NCBI GenBank assembly: GCA_041609715.1 | Contig: JBFIQI010000002.1 | Coordinates: forward strand, 1 to 60,340 | Direction: 5' to 3' | Length of the DNA stretch: 60,340 nt | Origin: Gammaproteobacteria bacterium | GTDB lineage: Bacteria > Pseudomonadota > Gammaproteobacteria > Steroidobacterales > JABDLF01 | Shown here: positions 57,084 to 60,340 of the stretch, piece after piece | Layout: each line of letters opens with the position of its first letter | Numbering within the stretch: position 1 is the stretch's first letter | Made by a program: the position numbers and the translations under genes | Notes under the pieces: generated by a model | What the model saw: only the letters and a program-made list of their open reading frames with translations | Told to the model about the DNA's origin: nothing | Databases searched by the model: none

Positions 57084-57707
57084 TCAGTGGCCTAAGCCTG
57101 CCCGCAGATTGGCTTCCAGTTCCGGCAGGATTTCCCCAATGTCTGAGGGTCCGCCCAGTTCGGCTACGGAAGTCACCGCCAGGTCCTTGAAGCCGCAGGG
57201 ATTGATGCGGCTGAAGGGCTCCAGGTCCATGTCGATGTTGAACGCCAGGCCGTGGTAGCTGCAGCCCCTGCGAATGCGCAGGCCGAGACTGGCGATCTTG
57301 CGTTGCTCGACATAAACGCCTGGCGCATCGGCACGGCTGCTGGCCCTGATGTCGAAGGCGGCCAGGGTCTTGACCACGGCCATTTCTAGGGCGCTCACCA
57401 GGTCGCGCACGCCCATGCGGCGGCGTTTCAAATCAAGCAGGGGATACACCACCAGCTGTCCCGGACCGTGATAGGTGACCTGCCCGCCGCGGTCGATCTT
57501 GAGAACGGGAATGTCGCCGGGGGCCAGCACATGCTGCAGGTCGCCATTGAGGCCCACGGTAAATATCGGTGGATGCTCCAGCATCCAGATTTCGTCTGCC
57601 GTCGCTGCGCCGCGGCGCTCCGTGAAGGCGCGCATGTCCGACCACACCGGCTCGTATTGGCAGCGGCCCAGGTGCCTGAACACGAGATTGGGGCTGGCGT
57701 GGCTCAC
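57084..57707 (-). CDS. lipB: Lipoyl(octanoyl) transferase
   Basis: 207-aa [36 protein letters not shown]....KIASLG.RI.RG.S.HGLA.N are LipB motifs. Confidence 0.95.
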   Translation of the reverse strand: MSHASPNLVFRHLGRCQYEPVWSDMRAFTERRGAATADEIWMLEHPPIFTVGLNGDLQHVLAPGDIPVLKIDRGGQVTYHGPGQLVVYPLLDLKRRRMGVRDLVSALEMAVVKTLAAFDIRASSRADAPGVYVEQRKIASLGLRIRRGCSYHGLAFNIDMDLEPFSRINPCGFKDLAVTSVAELGGPSDIGEILPELEANLRAGLGH

Positions 57708-57970
57708 AATGCCATCAACACGTCGTCGCGCGCGGTCAAATCGCGATAGATGGCATCCAGCTGTTCGCGGCTCTGGGCCTCGATGGTAAAAGTAATGGCT
57801 ACGTAGTTGTTGTTCTGACTGAGCCGCTGACTGATGCGCTCATCATCGAGGGGTCCCGCGTGGTGTTCAACGACCGCCCGCGTCGCGCTCATCAACCCGT
57901 CATCGACGGCCGCAAAGATCTTGATGGGGAATTCGCAGGGGAACTCGAGCGGGCTGTTGGTATCTGTCAT
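57704..57970 (-). CDS. ybeD: YbeD-family (DUF493) protein
   Basis: 88-aa [15 protein letters not shown] and S..NNY.A.T.TI.A.S.EQLD.IY..L are YbeD motifs. 4-nt overlap with lipB. Confidence 0.88.
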   Translation of the reverse strand: MTDTNSPLEFPCEFPIKIFAAVDDGLMSATRAVVEHHAGPLDDERISQRLSQNNNYVAITFTIEAQSREQLDAIYRDLTARDDVLMAL

Positions 57971-57985
57971 TGGGGCGCGCCAAGA

Positions 57986-59140
57986 CTATTCGAACCAAAG
58001 CAGTACGGTGTCGGTCATGCGCCTGAGAATGCCACCCTGGGGTATTTCAGCGAGGGTGACCAACGGCTGGCTGGCGATAACTGCGTCGTTCAGGCGCACC
58101 GAAACTTTGCCCACCGCGCTGCCAGCGGTCAGCGGAGCGCTTAGCAGCGACTGCATGTCCATGATGGCCTTCAGCTCATCGTAGGTCCCCCGGGGGATTG
58201 TGATGTACATGTCCTGGGCAAGCCCCACCGGTACCGAGTCGGCATCGGCCTTCCAGACCCGGGCCTGGTCGAGTGCCTCGCCGGCGCTGTAGAGCCGGTG
58301 AGACTCAAAAAATCGAAACCCGTAGTTCAACAGCGCCTGGCTGGAATCGGCCCTGGCCTTTTCGCTGGGCGTGCCCATCACGACCGTAATAAGCCGCATG
58401 CCGTTATTTCTGGCCGAGGCAACGAGGCAATAGCCAGCTGCTTCGGTATGGCCGGTTTTGAGGCCATCAACCGCGCCATCGCGCCACAAAAGCGTATTGC
58501 GATTGTGCTGGGTGATGTCGTTGTAGGTGAACTCCTTCTGGGAGTACCAGCGATAATAATCGGGAAAATCACGGATCAGCGCACTTGCCAGTCGAGCCAT
58601 ATCTCTCGCCGTAGTGATGTGATTATCCCCAGGCAATCCGGTACTGTTCTCGAAGTGGCTCGCCGCCATCCCCAGCTCCCCGGCGTAGTAATTCATGAGT
58701 TCGGCAAAACTCTCTTCGCTGCCGGCAATATGTTCTGCCAGAGCAACACTGGCGTCGTTGCCGGATTGCACGATCATGCCCTGCAACAGGTCCTTGATGC
58801 TGACCTGCTTGCCCACCTCGATAAACATGCGGGATCCCGGTGTGCACCAGGCCTTCTCGCTCACCGTTACCTGATCATCAAGCCCAACCTTGCCCTCGGC
58901 CAGCTCACGGAAGGTGACATAGGCGGTCATCAGCTTGGTCAGGCTGGCCGGCTCGAGGGGCTCATCGGCGTTGCTGGCGGCCAGAATCTCACCGCTGTGG
59001 TGATCCAGCATGATGTAGCCCCTGGCGTTCAGGCTCGGCGGAGCGGGGATGGGTGCGCTGGCCGCCAGCAGGCTTGCCGGATAAAGCACCAGGGCAAGCG
59101 CGCAGCCAATGCCGAGAATATTTTTCAGGCGATCAGTCAT
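57986..59140 (-). CDS. dacA: D-alanyl-D-alanine carboxypeptidase (PBP5/6 class)
   Basis: Signal peptide. PASLTKLMT (SxxK), QSGNDA (SxN) and LKTGHT (KTG), plus a C-terminal PBP5 beta-domain. Confidence 0.93.
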   Translation of the reverse strand: MTDRLKNILGIGCALALVLYPASLLAASAPIPAPPSLNARGYIMLDHHSGEILAASNADEPLEPASLTKLMTAYVTFRELAEGKVGLDDQVTVSEKAWCTPGSRMFIEVGKQVSIKDLLQGMIVQSGNDASVALAEHIAGSEESFAELMNYYAGELGMAASHFENSTGLPGDNHITTARDMARLASALIRDFPDYYRWYSQKEFTYNDITQHNRNTLLWRDGAVDGLKTGHTEAAGYCLVASARNNGMRLITVVMGTPSEKARADSSQALLNYGFRFFESHRLYSAGEALDQARVWKADADSVPVGLAQDMYITIPRGTYDELKAIMDMQSLLSAPLTAGSAVGKVSVRLNDAVIASQPLVTLAEIPQGGILRRMTDTVLLWFE

Positions 59141-59253
59141 AACAGGACAAAATTTTGTGGAACGGGTACCCGCCAGCCATCGCGACCGGCGCGCGCCATT
59201 TTACCTGTTCGGCAGCAGAATGCATTGCTCAATAGTTTTGCGGGGCCTGCGGC

Positions 59254-60174
59254 TTATTCGTAAGCCAGGTGGAAGTTGGCGATGCCGGCGGCAGCAAGCT
59301 CGGCCGCGAGTTGATCGAGCTCGGGAATGCCTGCCAACGGTCCTATACGTACCCTGTAAACCATGCGTTCGGCATGCGGTACTGCCATGACTCGCACTTG
59401 TTCGAAACCTTCTGATTCCAGCGTATTCAGCAGTGAGTCGGCGTTGAGCGGATCGGCGAACGCGCCGAGTTGCACATAAAGTTGCCCTTCGCCCGGCGCT
59501 TGCGGAGCAGGCTTCGGTGGGTCCACCGGTGCCGGCGGTTCCGGTAATTTAATTTCGGCTGTCACCGCGGGAGCAGGCGGCTGCTGTGGGGGCTGGTTAG
59601 GCTGAATGGCCACAGCGTCAAGTGGCGAGTCCGCCGTGATGGCTTCTACTTCCACCAGCCCCGTGCCGTTCTCAAGAATGCCCAGGCGATCCGCCGCGGT
59701 GTAGGAGAGGTCGATTATGCGGTTATGCACGAACGGGCCGCGGTCGTTGACCCTGACAATGACAGAGCGCCCGTTTTTCAGGTTGGTGACTTGTACGTAG
59801 CTTGGTAACGGCAGGGATTTATGCGCTGCGGTCATGGCGTACATGTCATAGGGCTCGCCACTGGAGGTACGACGCCCGTGAAACTTTTCTCCGTACCAGG
59901 AGGCGACGCCGCGCTCCTTGTAGCCCAGCGCCGTATCCATGACATGGTAGGTCTTGCCGAACACCTCGTATGACGGCGGATTGCCGTAACGGCTGCGTGG
60001 CTCGTCCCGGGGAACGGCATCGGGTACACCGCTGACATCCGGTGGCCGGCGCGGCGCCCGATCCTCGCTCGGCAAGGAGGTGCAGGCGCTGGCTGATATG
60101 GCCAGGGCTAAAATTGCCCTGTGGCAGTGCCTAGTTAGCCGCAAGCGATTCCTCCATCCGTGCCGCGATTTCAT
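59254..60174 (-). CDS. rlpA: Septal ring lytic transglycosylase RlpA (DPBB domain plus C-terminal SPOR domain)
   Basis: Lipobox LALAISASA-C. G.ASWYG..FHGRRT.SGE.YDMYAMTAAHK.LPLPSYV.VTNL.NGRSVIV.VNDRGPF. The C-terminal YVQLGAF...A is SPOR. The start is uncertain: ATG at 60174 or TTG at 60144. Confidence 0.9.
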   Translation of the reverse strand: MKSRHGWRNRLRLTRHCHRAILALAISASACTSLPSEDRAPRRPPDVSGVPDAVPRDEPRSRYGNPPSYEVFGKTYHVMDTALGYKERGVASWYGEKFHGRRTSSGEPYDMYAMTAAHKSLPLPSYVQVTNLKNGRSVIVRVNDRGPFVHNRIIDLSYTAADRLGILENGTGLVEVEAITADSPLDAVAIQPNQPPQQPPAPAVTAEIKLPEPPAPVDPPKPAPQAPGEGQLYVQLGAFADPLNADSLLNTLESEGFEQVRVMAVPHAERMVYRVRIGPLAGIPELDQLAAELAAAGIANFHLAYE

Positions 60175-60340
60175 CGCCGAGCTGTTTCACGGCCATGGCA
60201 TACATCAGGCTGCGGTTGTAGCGCGTAATCACGTAAAAATTACGGAATCCGACCCAATATTCGGGTCCGCCTTCGGTCTCCAGCTGAAACAGCATGGCCG
60301 GCTGACCGTTGTCCAGTTCTGTATCTATGCGCACCCCGTG
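60131..60340 (-). CDS. mltB: C-terminal fragment of lytic murein transglycosylase B; the 5' end lies outside the window
   Basis: The frame is open to the window edge. ...GPEYWVGF.NFYVITRYN.S..YAMAV.QL is the MltB C-terminal signature. It lies upstream of rlpA. Confidence 0.75.
   Translation of the reverse strand, partial: HGVRIDTELDNGQPAMLFQLETEGGPEYWVGFRNFYVITRYNRSLMYAMAVKQLGDEIAARMEESLAAN

Overview
GC-rich chromosomal core segment of gammaproteobacterial type. It is very tightly packed, with about 65 protein genes, one tRNA, one probable 6S RNA and one tandem glycine riboswitch. Several synteny blocks known from E. coli and Pseudomonas are recognisable: rplM-rpsI; zapB-zapA-ssrS-ygfA facing ygfB-pepP-ubiH-visC; phhAB; the gcvT-H-P operon; lgt-thyA-folA; lptD-surA-pdxA-rsmA-apaG-apaH facing amgK-murU; and lipB-ybeD-dacA-rlpA-mltB. 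I found no transposases, integrases, CRISPR arrays, prophage genes or recognisable defence systems. The parts that go beyond routine annotation are:
1. An eight-gene, translationally coupled kynurenine/3-hydroxyanthranilate catabolic operon (38702-46437, minus strand). It carries an atypical SDR where the classical 4-oxalocrotonate lower-pathway genes would be expected, and it lacks a tryptophan dioxygenase gene.
2. A 933-aa secreted protease whose duplicated protease-PDZ/pseudoprotease-PDZ layout looks like the eukaryotic Nma111/DEG7 family. It is translationally coupled to pepQ.
3. A 501-aa lipoprotein with a coiled coil, 2 x 6 copies of a 23-residue IPA-Y-TV repeat, and a Cys-rich peptidoglycan-binding domain, sitting among cell-wall genes.
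4. A 118-aa protein that is almost purely Lys/Arg/Ala, built from 27-bp tandem repeats, lying downstream of an EVE-domain gene in the zapAB-6S RNA-ygfA cluster.
5. A thiol peroxidase gene inserted between gcvPA and gcvPB, downstream of the glycine riboswitch.
6. A YyaL-TspO-TPR/sulfotransferase gene trio.
All functional calls rest on reading the translated ORFs and recalling family motifs. No database search was run.
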